A DNA stretch of 64,000 nucleotides from an uncultured Clostridia bacterium (GCA_946407735.1 CAMJPL010000004.1:6782-70781); one strand, 5' to 3'; positions 27,341 to 36,371 are shown, counted from the stretch's first letter. Program-made: numbers and translations. The notes: generated from the letters alone by a model not told the origin.

Positions 27341-28627
27341 ATGGAAAAGCTTATCGTCAACGGCGGGACGCCTTTAAGGGGCAAAGTCCAGATAAGCGGT
27401 ATGAAAAACGCCGCCCTGCCTATCATCATAGCATCCCTGCTCACCGAAGACGTATGCGTTATCGAGAACCTCCCGGCAATCATAGACGTTTCGCTCGCTC
27501 TGAATATCATGGAGCGCATGGGATGCCGGATAAGGATGCTCAGCGCCGATACGGTCGAGATCGATTCGAGAGGCGCTGTGGGCGGAATAACTCCGGTGGA
27601 ACTTGTCTCACAGATGAGAGCCTCCACATATTTCATGGGCGCCGAGCTGGGGCGCTGGAACGAGTCGAAGGTCGGATATCCCGGCGGATGCGATTTCGGA
27701 GTAAGAGCCATCGACCAGCATATAAAGGCGTTTGAAGCTCTCGGCGCCGAGGTCTCGGTCGACGGCGGCTACGTCCGCTCCAAGGCGGCGGGCGGCCTGC
27801 GCGGAACGAGCATCTATTTCGACGTCGTGACAGTCGGCGGCACCATCAACGCCATGCTCGCCTCCGTCAAGGCGAAGGGCACTACGGTGATAGAGAACGC
27901 CGCGCACGAGCCTCATATAGTCGACACGGCGAACTTCCTCAACACCTGCGGCGCGCATATCACCGGCGCCGGAACAGACACGATCAAGATCCGCGGCGTG
28001 GAAAAGCTGCACGGCTGCACCTACGCCATCATCCCCGACATGATCGAAGCCGGGACATACATGATCGCCGCCGCCGCGACGAGCGGAGCCCTCTTGATCT
28101 CGAACGTCATCCCGAAGCACCTCGAGTCGATCTCGGCAAAGCTGGAGGAGATGGGCGTGCTGATCGAGGAGTATGACGATTCGGTATATGTCACGAGATC
28201 CGGCAAGTTGAATCACGTCAACGTCAAGACCCTTCCCTACCCCGGCTTCCCGACCGACATGCAGCCTCAGATGGGTGTGCTGATGTGTCTCGCCGACGGC
28301 ATGAGCTATCTGTCGGAAACGGTCATCGAAAACCGATTCAAATATGTCAACGAGCTGCAGCGGATGGGCGCGAATATCCGGGTCACCGGACACACCGCCA
28401 TATTCGACGGCGGCGCTCCGCTCACCGGAGCCAAGGTGCGCGCGGTGGATCTGCGCGCCGGAGCCGCGCTCGTGATAGCGGGACTTACCATCCCCGGGAT
28501 CACCGAGATAAGCGAGATCGACCATATAGAGCGCGGATATGAGAATATCGTCGGCAAGCTGACGAACGTCGGAGCCGATATCCGCAAGGTCATATTCAGC
28601 GACAGTCTTGCCGCCGACGAGGCGTAA
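27341..28627 (+). CDS. murA: UDP-N-acetylglucosamine 1-carboxyvinyltransferase
   Basis: MEKLIVNGGTPLRGKVQISGMKNAALPIIIASLL N-terminus and full-length MurA similarity. The track ORF start (27200) lies upstream of the predicted promoter's -10, so ATG 27341 is used. Confidence 0.95.
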   Translation: MEKLIVNGGTPLRGKVQISGMKNAALPIIIASLLTEDVCVIENLPAIIDVSLALNIMERMGCRIRMLSADTVEIDSRGAVGGITPVELVSQMRASTYFMGAELGRWNESKVGYPGGCDFGVRAIDQHIKAFEALGAEVSVDGGYVRSKAAGGLRGTSIYFDVVTVGGTINAMLASVKAKGTTVIENAAHEPHIVDTANFLNTCGAHITGAGTDTIKIRGVEKLHGCTYAIIPDMIEAGTYMIAAAATSGALLISNVIPKHLESISAKLEEMGVLIEEYDDSVYVTRSGKLNHVNVKTLPYPGFPTDMQPQMGVLMCLADGMSYLSETVIENRFKYVNELQRMGANIRVTGHTAIFDGGAPLTGAKVRAVDLRAGAALVIAGLTIPGITEISEIDHIERGYENIVGKLTNVGADIRKVIFSDSLAADEA

Positions 28628-28640
28628 AAAATGAATATCC

Positions 28641-28682
28641 GCAGGGGGAAACCATGCTTTTACAAAAGACGGATTCCCCCTG
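28641..28682 (+). terminator. Long hairpin after murA (putative terminator)
   Basis: cagggggaa ... ttccccctg outer stem with an inner cttttacaaaag hairpin; it starts 14 nt after the murA stop. Confidence 0.45.
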
Positions 28683-28731
28683 TATGCGTTTCAGAGCGTA
28701 AAGCGTCAAACCCGATGGAGCAGGTGATGAT

Positions 28732-29910
28732 ATGAAAACCCTTTTCCGTGATTTCAGCATAGTAAACAACGGCTCGATATGCGGGCATTCAGACCTTCTC
28801 GTTGACGGCGGGCGGATAGCCGGGACCGGCGTGATCGCGCCGACCGAGGGCATGAAGGTTATCGAAGGCGGAGGCAGATATCTGCTTCCCGGCTTCATCG
28901 ACATCCATGTGCACGGCGGAGCCGGCTTCGATTTCATGGACGGCATCGCGGAAGAATACAACGCCATCGCCCGGCACCACGCCGCACACGGCACCACCGG
29001 GCTTTACGCCACTACGCTCTCGGCGTCGCACGAAGAGCTGCTCGCGTCGGTCAGGGCATTCGATGAGGCAGAAAAGATGGAGGGCGGCGCGAAGCTGCTC
29101 GGGATCCATCTTGAGGGGCCTTATATCGCCAAATCCCAGAAAGGCGCGATGGACGAAAGATATATACGCGACCCGAAGCCTGAGGAGTACGCCGAGCTGC
29201 TGTCCGTCTCGGACAAGATACGGCGCATGACGATAGCGCCCGAGCTTCCCGGCGCCGCCGAGCTCGGAAGATATCTCGTCTCTCACGGAGTCCTGCCGAG
29301 CGTCGGTCATACCGACTGCTTCGCCGAGGACGTGATAACCGCCTTTGAGGAAGGCGGATTCCGGCTGATGACGCATCTCTACTCGGCAATGTCGATGACG
29401 CGGCGCGTCGGCTGCTGGCGTCACGGCGGAGCGGTGGAGGCGGCGTATCTGCTCGACGGCATGTACGTCGAGATAATCGCCGACGGCATACATCTTCCGC
29501 CGGAGCTGCTGAAGCTGATCTACAAGATCAAGGGCAGCGCTCATACCGCGCTCATCACCGACGCGATGCGCGGCTCGGGGATGCCGATGGGCACCACCGC
29601 GCTGCTCGGCAGCCGCAAAAACGGCCTTCCCGCCTGGCTTGAGGACGGCGTCGCCAAAACGATGGACCGCACCGCCTTCGCCGGCTCCATTGCCACGACG
29701 GACAGACTGGTGAGGAACATGGTGAATCTCGCATCTGTGCCGCTCGCCGAGGCGTCGGTCATGGCTTCGAGGACCCCGGCCGAGATAATGGGTATCTCAT
29801 CCGAGCGCGGCTCGCTCGATGCCGGAAAATACGCCGACTTAGTGATCATGGACAAAGATCTGAACATCGAGATGACAGTGGTCGAGGGCGACACGGTATA
29901 CGAAAAATAG
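28732..29910 (+). CDS. nagA: N-acetylglucosamine-6-phosphate deacetylase
   Basis: GFIDIHVHGGAGFDFMDG metal-binding motif and full-length NagA pattern (HLEGPYI, GHTDC, ITDAM). RBS GGAGCAGGTG. Confidence 0.9.
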   Translation: MKTLFRDFSIVNNGSICGHSDLLVDGGRIAGTGVIAPTEGMKVIEGGGRYLLPGFIDIHVHGGAGFDFMDGIAEEYNAIARHHAAHGTTGLYATTLSASHEELLASVRAFDEAEKMEGGAKLLGIHLEGPYIAKSQKGAMDERYIRDPKPEEYAELLSVSDKIRRMTIAPELPGAAELGRYLVSHGVLPSVGHTDCFAEDVITAFEEGGFRLMTHLYSAMSMTRRVGCWRHGGAVEAAYLLDGMYVEIIADGIHLPPELLKLIYKIKGSAHTALITDAMRGSGMPMGTTALLGSRKNGLPAWLEDGVAKTMDRTAFAGSIATTDRLVRNMVNLASVPLAEASVMASRTPAEIMGISSERGSLDAGKYADLVIMDKDLNIEMTVVEGDTVYEK

Positions 29911-29914
29911 AAAA

Positions 29915-29953
29915 ATGCCGGGAGAGGCCAGCGCTTCTCCCGGCATCGTTTTA
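29915..29953 (+). terminator. Intrinsic terminator after nagA
   Basis: Perfect 11-bp stem atgccgggaga / tctcccggcat with a 10-nt loop, then cgtttt. Confidence 0.65.
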
Positions 29954-30131
29954 CGTCGGTTTTCGGACAATCGTCATTTCAGGAAAATCGAGGCCGACCC
30001 GATCCAAAAACTCAACGCTGAGTAGAATGTCATTTCATTTTTAAATCGCTTCCTTCATGACAGGATATATGTTATAATATACTCACGGCGCCGAAGAGGA
30101 ATATATTGTTATACATGGAGGACTTCACATC

Positions 30132-31256
30132 ATGAAGGAAACAATGGGGCAGATAATCAGGCGTTTGCGCAAGCAGAGCGGCTTTACTCAGGATGAGCTC
30201 GCGGAGCAGCTCGGCGTGACGTTTCAGGCGGTCTCAAAATGGGAAAACGACACCGGGATGCCCGATATCTCGCAGATCGTGCCTTTGGCGGCGGTTTTCG
30301 GCGTCAGCACCGACGAACTGTTCGGATTCTGCGGGACGGACAGGGAAGAAGAAGCGAGAAAGGTCATAGAGAAGGCCGTAAGCCTGATATCGCATCCCGC
30401 GTCGAAAGAGTTGATCCGGGAAAGCTATAAGGTTCTCCGCGCCGGTCTCGAGCAGTACCCGAACAACACCGCGCTGATCATGCAGTGTCTGGAGACCGGC
30501 ATCACGCTGGCATATCCCGAAAACGGCGAACTCTGCGACGCGGAAAACGGCGCAGATATCTACCGGGAATGCATACGCGAAGCCGACCTTGTCATCAAAT
30601 ACGGAAAAAACGCGTCGGATATCCTGCGGGCGCATATGATAATGGTGCTGCTCCACTCCGCATACGGCGATTCTGAAAACGCCGCAGCGCACGCCGAAGT
30701 ATTTCCCTGGCGGGCCGATATGACCGGCTGCAGAATGAAAGGATACATCGCGCACTGGAAGGGGGACCGTGCTGCCGAGAGCGCCTGCTGCCAGACAGAT
30801 CTGGTATTGCATCTCGAAGCTATGCTCGACGACATCGTCGACGCCGCCATGTGCATGTATCATCTTGAGCGGTATCAGGACGCGGCGGAAAGTCTTACGA
30901 AAGCCATGTCGCTCATAGCGCTTATCTGCGGCGGCGAGGATGTATATCCGCGTTTCCATGTGAGAGAAACCGGCGATATCCATGCCCTGCTCGCAAAAGC
31001 GTATCTGAAGCTGGGGCGTAAAGAGGACGCTTTGCGCGAGCTTGACAAAATGGCCGATTATGATATAGAGGAAACCGCCAAATTCGGAAACGAAAAAAAG
31101 CCGACCACACCGCTCCTTCGCGACGTATTCTTCAGTTTATACCGGGACGGTATGGATTTCAGCGCCGCCCTGCTGAAAAAGCTCGAAGACAGGGATTTCG
31201 ATGAGATAAGAAGCGATCCGGAATTCGTCAGAATAACGGAAAAGGCAAAAGCATGA
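30132..31256 (+). CDS. XRE-family HTH transcriptional regulator with a C-terminal TPR-like helical repeat domain (RNPP-like architecture)
   Basis: N-terminal HTH IIRRLRKQSGFTQDELAEQLGVTFQAVSKWENDTGMPDISQIVPLAAVFGVSTDELF. ~300 aa of helical repeats includes AKAYLKLGRKEDALRELDKM. RBS GGAGGA. An extended -10 (tgttataat, TATAAT at 30073-30078) lies upstream. Confidence 0.8.
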   Translation: MKETMGQIIRRLRKQSGFTQDELAEQLGVTFQAVSKWENDTGMPDISQIVPLAAVFGVSTDELFGFCGTDREEEARKVIEKAVSLISHPASKELIRESYKVLRAGLEQYPNNTALIMQCLETGITLAYPENGELCDAENGADIYRECIREADLVIKYGKNASDILRAHMIMVLLHSAYGDSENAAAHAEVFPWRADMTGCRMKGYIAHWKGDRAAESACCQTDLVLHLEAMLDDIVDAAMCMYHLERYQDAAESLTKAMSLIALICGGEDVYPRFHVRETGDIHALLAKAYLKLGRKEDALRELDKMADYDIEETAKFGNEKKPTTPLLRDVFFSLYRDGMDFSAALLKKLEDRDFDEIRSDPEFVRITEKAKA

Positions 31257-31447
31257 AATAATATAAGCTCAGTCTCCCCGCCCGGAAGGACGGGGAGATA
31301 TCGTTTCCGTCTCTGATCCAAAGGCGGATATCTTTGCTTCGGCTCGTCCTTTTTCCGGGACGGCAGGCATGAGAGCAATGTCGCCGACGAAAAATTTTAT
31401 GTTCGTAAATTTTGTTTTAATGCAGGGAAAAATCAGCGGATTTGCAG

Positions 31448-31476
31448 TTGATTTTGCACTGATTTTAGGGTATAAT
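31448..31476 (+). promoter_or_regulatory. Sigma-70-type promoter for the NifU-like/GGGtGRT operon
   Basis: TTGATT (31448-31453), 17-nt spacer, TATAAT (31471-31476). Confidence 0.6.
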
Positions 31477-31533
31477 GATTTAGTGCGTACACCGCCGTAA
31501 GGCTTATCAACAAAAAAGGAGTACATTCATTCT

Positions 31534-32235
31534 ATGAGCGATCTTGTTTATTCCAAAGAAGTAGAAAATATGTGCTGCGTCGCCAAAGGCCCCAACCACG
31601 GTCCGGCTCCCCTTCCCGAAGAGGGCAAGTGGATCCAGGCGAAACAAATCACTGATATTTCCGGCTACACCCACGGCGTGGGCTGGTGCGCTCCTCAGCA
31701 GGGCGCCTGCAAGCTCTCCCTCAACGTCAAGGAAGGCGTTATCGAGGAAGCCCTCATCGAGACCATAGGCTGCTCCGGCATGACCCATTCGGCCGCCATG
31801 GCCGCCGAGATTCTGCCCGGCAAGACCATCCTTGAGGCTCTGAACACCGACCTCGTCTGCGACGCCATCAACACCGCCATGCGCGAGCTGTTCCTGCAGA
31901 TCGTGTACGGCCGCACCCAGTCCGCGTTCTCCGAGGGCGGTCTCGTCGTCGGCGCCGGCATGGAGGACCTCGGCAAGGGCGAGCGCTCCATGGTCGGCAC
32001 CATGTACGGTACCAAGGCCAAGGGCGTCCGTTATCTTGAGATGACCGAAGGCTACTGCACAAGGATGGCTCTCGACGAAGACGATCAGGTCATCGGCTAT
32101 GAGTTCGTATCCCTCGGCAAGATGACCGACTTCATCAAGAAGGGCATGGAGCCGAACGAAGCGTACGAAAAGGCCAAGGGCACATACGGACGTTTCGACG
32201 AAGCCGCGAAGTACATCGACCCGCGCAAGGAATAA
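31534..32235 (+). CDS. NifU/IscU N-terminal-like Fe-S scaffold-like protein (partner of the GGGtGRT protein)
   Basis: GWCAPQQGACKLSLNVKEGVIEEALIETIGCSGMTHSAAMAAEILPGKTILEA resembles the three-Cys IscU/NifU N-terminal fold, followed by a ~100-aa extension that I do not recognise. Confidence 0.65.
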   Translation: MSDLVYSKEVENMCCVAKGPNHGPAPLPEEGKWIQAKQITDISGYTHGVGWCAPQQGACKLSLNVKEGVIEEALIETIGCSGMTHSAAMAAEILPGKTILEALNTDLVCDAINTAMRELFLQIVYGRTQSAFSEGGLVVGAGMEDLGKGERSMVGTMYGTKAKGVRYLEMTEGYCTRMALDEDDQVIGYEFVSLGKMTDFIKKGMEPNEAYEKAKGTYGRFDEAAKYIDPRKE

Positions 32236-32257
32236 TCCGGAGGAGGAAAGCGATATT

Positions 32258-33256
32258 ATGGCACAGTTTGAAGGTTATGAGAGACGCGAGGCTAAGATCC
32301 TCGGCGTCCTGAAAGAATACGGCATCTCCTCCATCGACGAATGCAAGGATATTACTCTCGCCAAAGGCATCGACGTCGACCAGATCGTCCGCAGCACTCA
32401 GCCCATCTGCTTCGAGAACGCCGTCTGGGCGTATACCGTAGGCGCGGCGATCGCCATTAAGAAGGGCTGCGTGAAAGCTTCCGACGCGGCGGCCGCTATC
32501 GGCATCGGTCTTCAGTCCTTCTGCATCCCCGGTTCCGTCGCCGAAAACCGCAAGGTCGGACTCGGACACGGCAATCTCGGAAAAATGCTCCTCTCCGACG
32601 AGACCGAATGCTTCTGCTTCCTCGCCGGTCACGAATCCTTCGCGGCGGCTGAAGGCGCTATCAAGATAGCCCTGAACGCCAACAAGGTCAGAAACAATCC
32701 TCTCCGCGTCATACTGAACGGTCTCGGCAAGGACGCCGCCATGATCATCTCCCGCATCAACGGCTTTACCTATGTCAAGACCTCCTTCGACCCCTACACC
32801 GAGACCGTGACCGTCGTCTCAGAGACTCCGTATTCCAAGGGTCCGAGAGCCGCCGTCCGCTGCTACGGCGCTGACAACGTCCCGGAAGGCGTCGCCATCA
32901 TGAAGCTGGAGAACGTCGGCGTATCCATCACCGGCAACTCCACCAACCCGACCCGCTTCCAGCATCCGGTCGCCGGCACCTACAAGAAGTGGTGCGTCGA
33001 GAACGGCGTGAAGTACTTCTCCGTCGCCTCCGGAGGCGGCACCGGCAGAACTCTCCATCCCGACAACATGGCCGCCGGTCCGTCCTCATACGGCATGACC
33101 GACACCATGGGCCGCATGCATTCCGACGCGCAGTTCGCCGGTTCTTCATCCGTACCGGCTCACGTTGAGATGATGGGTCTTATCGGCGCCGGCAACAACC
33201 CGATGGTCGGCATGACCGTCGCCGTCGCCGTTGCCGTCGAAGAAGCGATGAAGTAA
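32258..33256 (+). CDS. GGGtGRT-motif protein (conserved protein of unknown function)
   Basis: Contains the eponymous motif FSVASGGGTGRTLHPDNMAAGP. Strong RBS GGAGGAGG. The gene lies 22 nt downstream of the NifU-like gene. Confidence 0.8.
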   Translation: MAQFEGYERREAKILGVLKEYGISSIDECKDITLAKGIDVDQIVRSTQPICFENAVWAYTVGAAIAIKKGCVKASDAAAAIGIGLQSFCIPGSVAENRKVGLGHGNLGKMLLSDETECFCFLAGHESFAAAEGAIKIALNANKVRNNPLRVILNGLGKDAAMIISRINGFTYVKTSFDPYTETVTVVSETPYSKGPRAAVRCYGADNVPEGVAIMKLENVGVSITGNSTNPTRFQHPVAGTYKKWCVENGVKYFSVASGGGTGRTLHPDNMAAGPSSYGMTDTMGRMHSDAQFAGSSSVPAHVEMMGLIGAGNNPMVGMTVAVAVAVEEAMK

Positions 33257-33286
33257 TAAGACAGTTTAAAGCGTGATATCCAATCA

Positions 33287-33328
33287 GGGAAGGGACTTTT
33301 CAGACAGTCCCTTCCCTTTCTTTTGTTC
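33287..33328 (+). terminator. Intrinsic terminator of the NifU-like/GGGtGRT operon
   Basis: Perfect 11-bp stem gggaagggact / agtcccttccc with an 8-nt loop, followed by tttcttttgttc. Confidence 0.8.
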
Positions 33329-33400
33329 TTTATTCATGATCTTTGTTTTTTGATATTGATGAAAACGGAAAATCCGTCACGGGGGAGCCGAAAGCTGATA

Positions 33401-33467
33401 CAGGGAAGACCGGTCTTCGGTCTTCCCTGTATCGCTGTTTCCCATAATCCAAAAGAGAGTTGCTGCC
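33401..33467 (+). repeat. Possible degenerate relative of the intergenic repeat family
   Basis: 12-bp hairpin cagggaagaccg / cggtcttccctg, followed by tatcgctgtttcccataatccaaaagagagttgctgcc. The tail loosely aligns with the ...tttcccaaagacttttactac / ...gtcccaaaagacttttgatactgcc tails of copies 2 and 3. Confidence 0.3.
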
Positions 33468-33468
33468 T

Positions 33469-33921
33469 TTACCGCCTGATCTCTCTGAAAAAGCTGCGGT
33501 TCGGCGGGGAGATCATTTCGTCCGGCGGCAGATCCTGCGGCGCGAACCATCTGAGCTCCTCCACCTCACCCTTCTGCGGACTCGGCTCGCCGCTCCATCT
33601 GCGGCATATATACAGGATATCGACGTTGAACACCTCGTCCCCGTTGGGATATCTGTAAAAGGTATCTTTACCAGAGTAAACGCCGTGGAGCTCGAGATCC
33701 TCGGCGGTCAGAGCCGTCTCCTCGAACAGTTCGCGCTTCGCCGCGTCACGGGTATCCTCTCCGAGCTCGACGGATCCGCCGTGATATCCCCAGAGACCGT
33801 TGTCGCTGCGCCGCTGAAGCAGCATAGCTCCGTCCTCCCTGACGATGACCACGCTCGCGCCGACCTGCATTATCGGTCTGTGTCCGACATACCCGCGCAT
33901 AGTCTTGATATAATCTGTCAT
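33469..33921 (-). CDS. NUDIX hydrolase
   Basis: Nudix box GGSVELGEDTRDAAKRELFEETAL. RBS AAAGGTGA. Confidence 0.9.
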   Translation of the reverse strand: MTDYIKTMRGYVGHRPIMQVGASVVIVREDGAMLLQRRSDNGLWGYHGGSVELGEDTRDAAKRELFEETALTAEDLELHGVYSGKDTFYRYPNGDEVFNVDILYICRRWSGEPSPQKGEVEELRWFAPQDLPPDEMISPPNRSFFREIRR

Positions 33922-33976
33922 GACTCACCTTTTGCCGCCGAATTGCCGTCATACGGATCAGAGGATACCGCCGTTT

Positions 33977-34468
33977 TCATCTCGGAGGCTCCGACACTAG
34001 GCATATGTTAGGATAACCCATGTCAAGCGTCAGCCTTTCGTATGAAACGCCGTGTTCCTTATAGTATTTTTCTATCTCGTCCGCGATAGCCGGCGTGTTC
34101 AGTTTCCTTGACTTGTCCCAGAAGTTGCAGCACGGCACGACCACCACAGGGCGTATCAGCGCACTCTCCACGACCGGCCGCGTCGCCTCGTCGGGATGCA
34201 GGCCTACGATCAGATCGTAGTATGACGCCATGTCCGGCGTGTACAGCTCTTCCCTGTGCTCAAGACCGAGCAGAACGTAATGGCGGGGGTCTATGACCTC
34301 CGACTCGTAATTGTACTTTTTGTTCAGCAGTCTTGACAGCATCCCCTGCCCGCCTGCTATATCGGCGATATATTTTATCGAATTTCCGAAACGGTCATAT
34401 ATGAAATCGGCCACGACCCTGAACCGCGACTGATCGCCGTGACATTTTACCTGCGCCGCTCTGCCCAT
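33977..34468 (-). CDS. Small SAM-dependent methyltransferase-like protein (function unknown)
   Basis: Motif I-like IADIAGGQGMLSRLL followed by an acidic-residue strand (SEVIDP) and DLIVGLHPDEAT. The motifs are weak and I recognise no specific family. Confidence 0.45.
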   Translation of the reverse strand: MGRAAQVKCHGDQSRFRVVADFIYDRFGNSIKYIADIAGGQGMLSRLLNKKYNYESEVIDPRHYVLLGLEHREELYTPDMASYYDLIVGLHPDEATRPVVESALIRPVVVVPCCNFWDKSRKLNTPAIADEIEKYYKEHGVSYERLTLDMGYPNICLVSEPPR

Positions 34469-34538
34469 GTTCCCTCCGAACAGTTTATCTCTTCTTTCCG
34501 GCCGCGGCGGATCTATCCGGTCCGCCCGCCCGGATAGA

Positions 34539-35342
34539 TCATCGTCTGACCGTGTTCTGCCTGAGAACCTCGAACGCCAGAATGGACGCCGCCGAAGCCG
34601 CCGACAGCGCCATATCGAAGTCCCGGCCGTAATCGAGGCGGACGATCTGATCTATATACGGATAAAGGCTTTTCCTGATGCCGCGTTTCTCACCGCCGAC
34701 TATCATCAGCATCGGGCGGCGCAGATCGGCGTCGTATACCGAAACCGAATCGGCGATATCGGCGCCTATGATCCTGTAGCCGGCTTTTTTCACGGTCTTC
34801 AGAGCCGAGATCTCATCGTCATCGGGACATCTGTACATCGGCATAAGCTCACTCGCCCCGGCAGACGCGCGGCAGACCACTCCGGCCGCCGACATCCACG
34901 ATCTCGGGGAGAGCAGCATCCCGTCGGCGCCCGACGCCCACAGAGAGCGCAGGGCGTAGCCGTAGTTATACGGATCCTCTATCCCGTCTATCATAAACAG
35001 CACGCCCTTTTTCGGCAGCTGCTTTTCATTGACGGCCTGATATTCCCTTTCGGTGCACCAGGCTATGATGCCGCCGTGGCTGGCTCCGACAGCCGAAGCG
35101 TCGATGATATCGCGCGGGACCGTCTCTATCGGAAAGGAAAACTCATCCGAGCGGTGGCAGAGCCAAGCGTATTCCTTGGACGACGTCTTATCTTTGTCAT
35201 AGTACAGCCGCTCAATACGGCGGGCAGGCGGTCCTCCGGCTCTTTCCGCATCCATCGACTTTATCACCGCCCTGATCGAAACGATGCCCTCGAAAAGACA
35301 ATTTTCGGTTATCTGATCGCCTTCCTTACGCATCGGTCTCAC
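34539..35342 (-). CDS. TrmH/SpoU-family RNA 2'-O-methyltransferase (RlmB-like)
   Basis: SpoU-type motifs LFMIDGIEDPYNYGYALRSLWASGADGMLL, LMIVGGEKRGI, and a C-terminal LSAASAASILAFEV. The start overlaps the murQ stop by 17 nt. Confidence 0.85.
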   Translation of the reverse strand: MRPMRKEGDQITENCLFEGIVSIRAVIKSMDAERAGGPPARRIERLYYDKDKTSSKEYAWLCHRSDEFSFPIETVPRDIIDASAVGASHGGIIAWCTEREYQAVNEKQLPKKGVLFMIDGIEDPYNYGYALRSLWASGADGMLLSPRSWMSAAGVVCRASAGASELMPMYRCPDDDEISALKTVKKAGYRIIGADIADSVSVYDADLRRPMLMIVGGEKRGIRKSLYPYIDQIVRLDYGRDFDMALSAASAASILAFEVLRQNTVRR

Positions 35343-36168
35343 CCCTGAGCAGCTCTATCGCTTCCCTTACCGATCCTGTCTTCCCTACCGCGTCGTACGC
35401 GTCGCCGTAGGACGCGCCGGATATCTCCGCGGCGATCCTCGCGGCGCGGTCTCTGAGCTTTATATTGGTAGGACGAACATTGATCATCATGTTCTCGTAG
35501 ACCTTTCCGGTACGTATCATTGCTCCGGTCGAGAGCATGTTCAGAATGAGCTTCTGAGCCGTCCCGGCCTTGAGGCGGGTGCTGCCGGTGACCGCCTCGG
35601 CGCCTGTCAGCGCCTCAATGGCTATATCGCACGCTCCGGCGAGAGGGGTATCAGGATTGCAGGTCACCGCCACCGTCAGGGCATGCTTTGACGCGGCATA
35701 TCTGACGGCGGATATCACATATCCGGCGCTACCTGCGGCAGATATTCCGACGACCGCGTCCTTTTCCGATATGCCGAGCTCGGATATATCGTGCTCTCCC
35801 GCCTCGGCGCTGTCCTCAGCCCCTTCGGCGGCGCGGAAGAACGCGTTCTTCCCGCCAGCCATTACGGCTACGACGTCGTCGTAGCCGACGCCGAAGGTGG
35901 GCGGACACTCGGCGGCGTCGAGAGCGCCGAGACGTCCGCTTGTGCCGGCTCCGACATATATAAGTCTGCCGCCTCTGCCGATCCTTTCGGCAATGCCGTC
36001 TATCGCGGCGGCTATATCCGCTTCCGCTTCGCCGACCGCCTGAACAGCTCTCAGGTTTTCGGCGTTCATCAGCCTGACTATCTCTGCCGATGAGGCCTTG
36101 TCGATATGAGTTGTGCGCGGGTTGCGCGCCTCTGTGCCGAGCTTTGAGTAATCGGACATCTCCATCAT
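35326..36168 (-). CDS. murQ: N-acetylmuramic acid 6-phosphate etherase
   Basis: LGTEARNPRTTHIDKASSAEIVRLMNAEN and a SIS domain (GRLIYVGAGTSGRLG, EALTGAEAVTGSTRLKAGTAQK). The start is uncertain among ATGs at 36168, 36165 and 36159. Confidence 0.9.
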   Translation of the reverse strand: MMEMSDYSKLGTEARNPRTTHIDKASSAEIVRLMNAENLRAVQAVGEAEADIAAAIDGIAERIGRGGRLIYVGAGTSGRLGALDAAECPPTFGVGYDDVVAVMAGGKNAFFRAAEGAEDSAEAGEHDISELGISEKDAVVGISAAGSAGYVISAVRYAASKHALTVAVTCNPDTPLAGACDIAIEALTGAEAVTGSTRLKAGTAQKLILNMLSTGAMIRTGKVYENMMINVRPTNIKLRDRAARIAAEISGASYGDAYDAVGKTGSVREAIELLRGETDA

Positions 36169-36343
36169 ACCTTTCCGTTCTCTGATTTGCGATATTATAC
36201 CATATTCGGCGGCGTCAAGCAATGCCCCATTTGAAAAGAATTATCGAAGATTAATGGAAGTATTCACAGGGCGCCGCCGTATAAAACAACACAGGGAGAG
36301 AAAGCAGCGCTTTTCTCTCCCTGTATCCGTTGATATCCGGTCG

Positions 36344-36371
36344 AAAAAGCGGTCCGTAAGGACCGCTTTTT
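36344..36371 (-). terminator. Intrinsic terminator after clpC (symmetrical, could act on both strands)
   Basis: Perfect 12-bp stem aaaaagcggtcc / ggaccgcttttt with loop gtaa. Confidence 0.8.

Noticed and set aside
28641-28682. Hairpin after murA (CAGGGGGAA...TTCCCCCTG with CTTTTAC/AAAGAC in the loop), considered as a fifth member of the intergenic repeat family
   Set aside because: It shares only the G-rich/C-rich arm flavour and a scrambled version of the tail words. It has no TGAA-centred loop and no downstream conserved tail. I treat it as an ordinary terminator-like hairpin.
31269-31526. 85-aa minus-strand ORF in the intergenic region after the HTH/TPR regulator gene
   Set aside because: It has no RBS, spans a plus-strand promoter and a hairpin, and its composition is not protein-like. 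It is less plausible than the small plus-strand ORF discussed in the findings.
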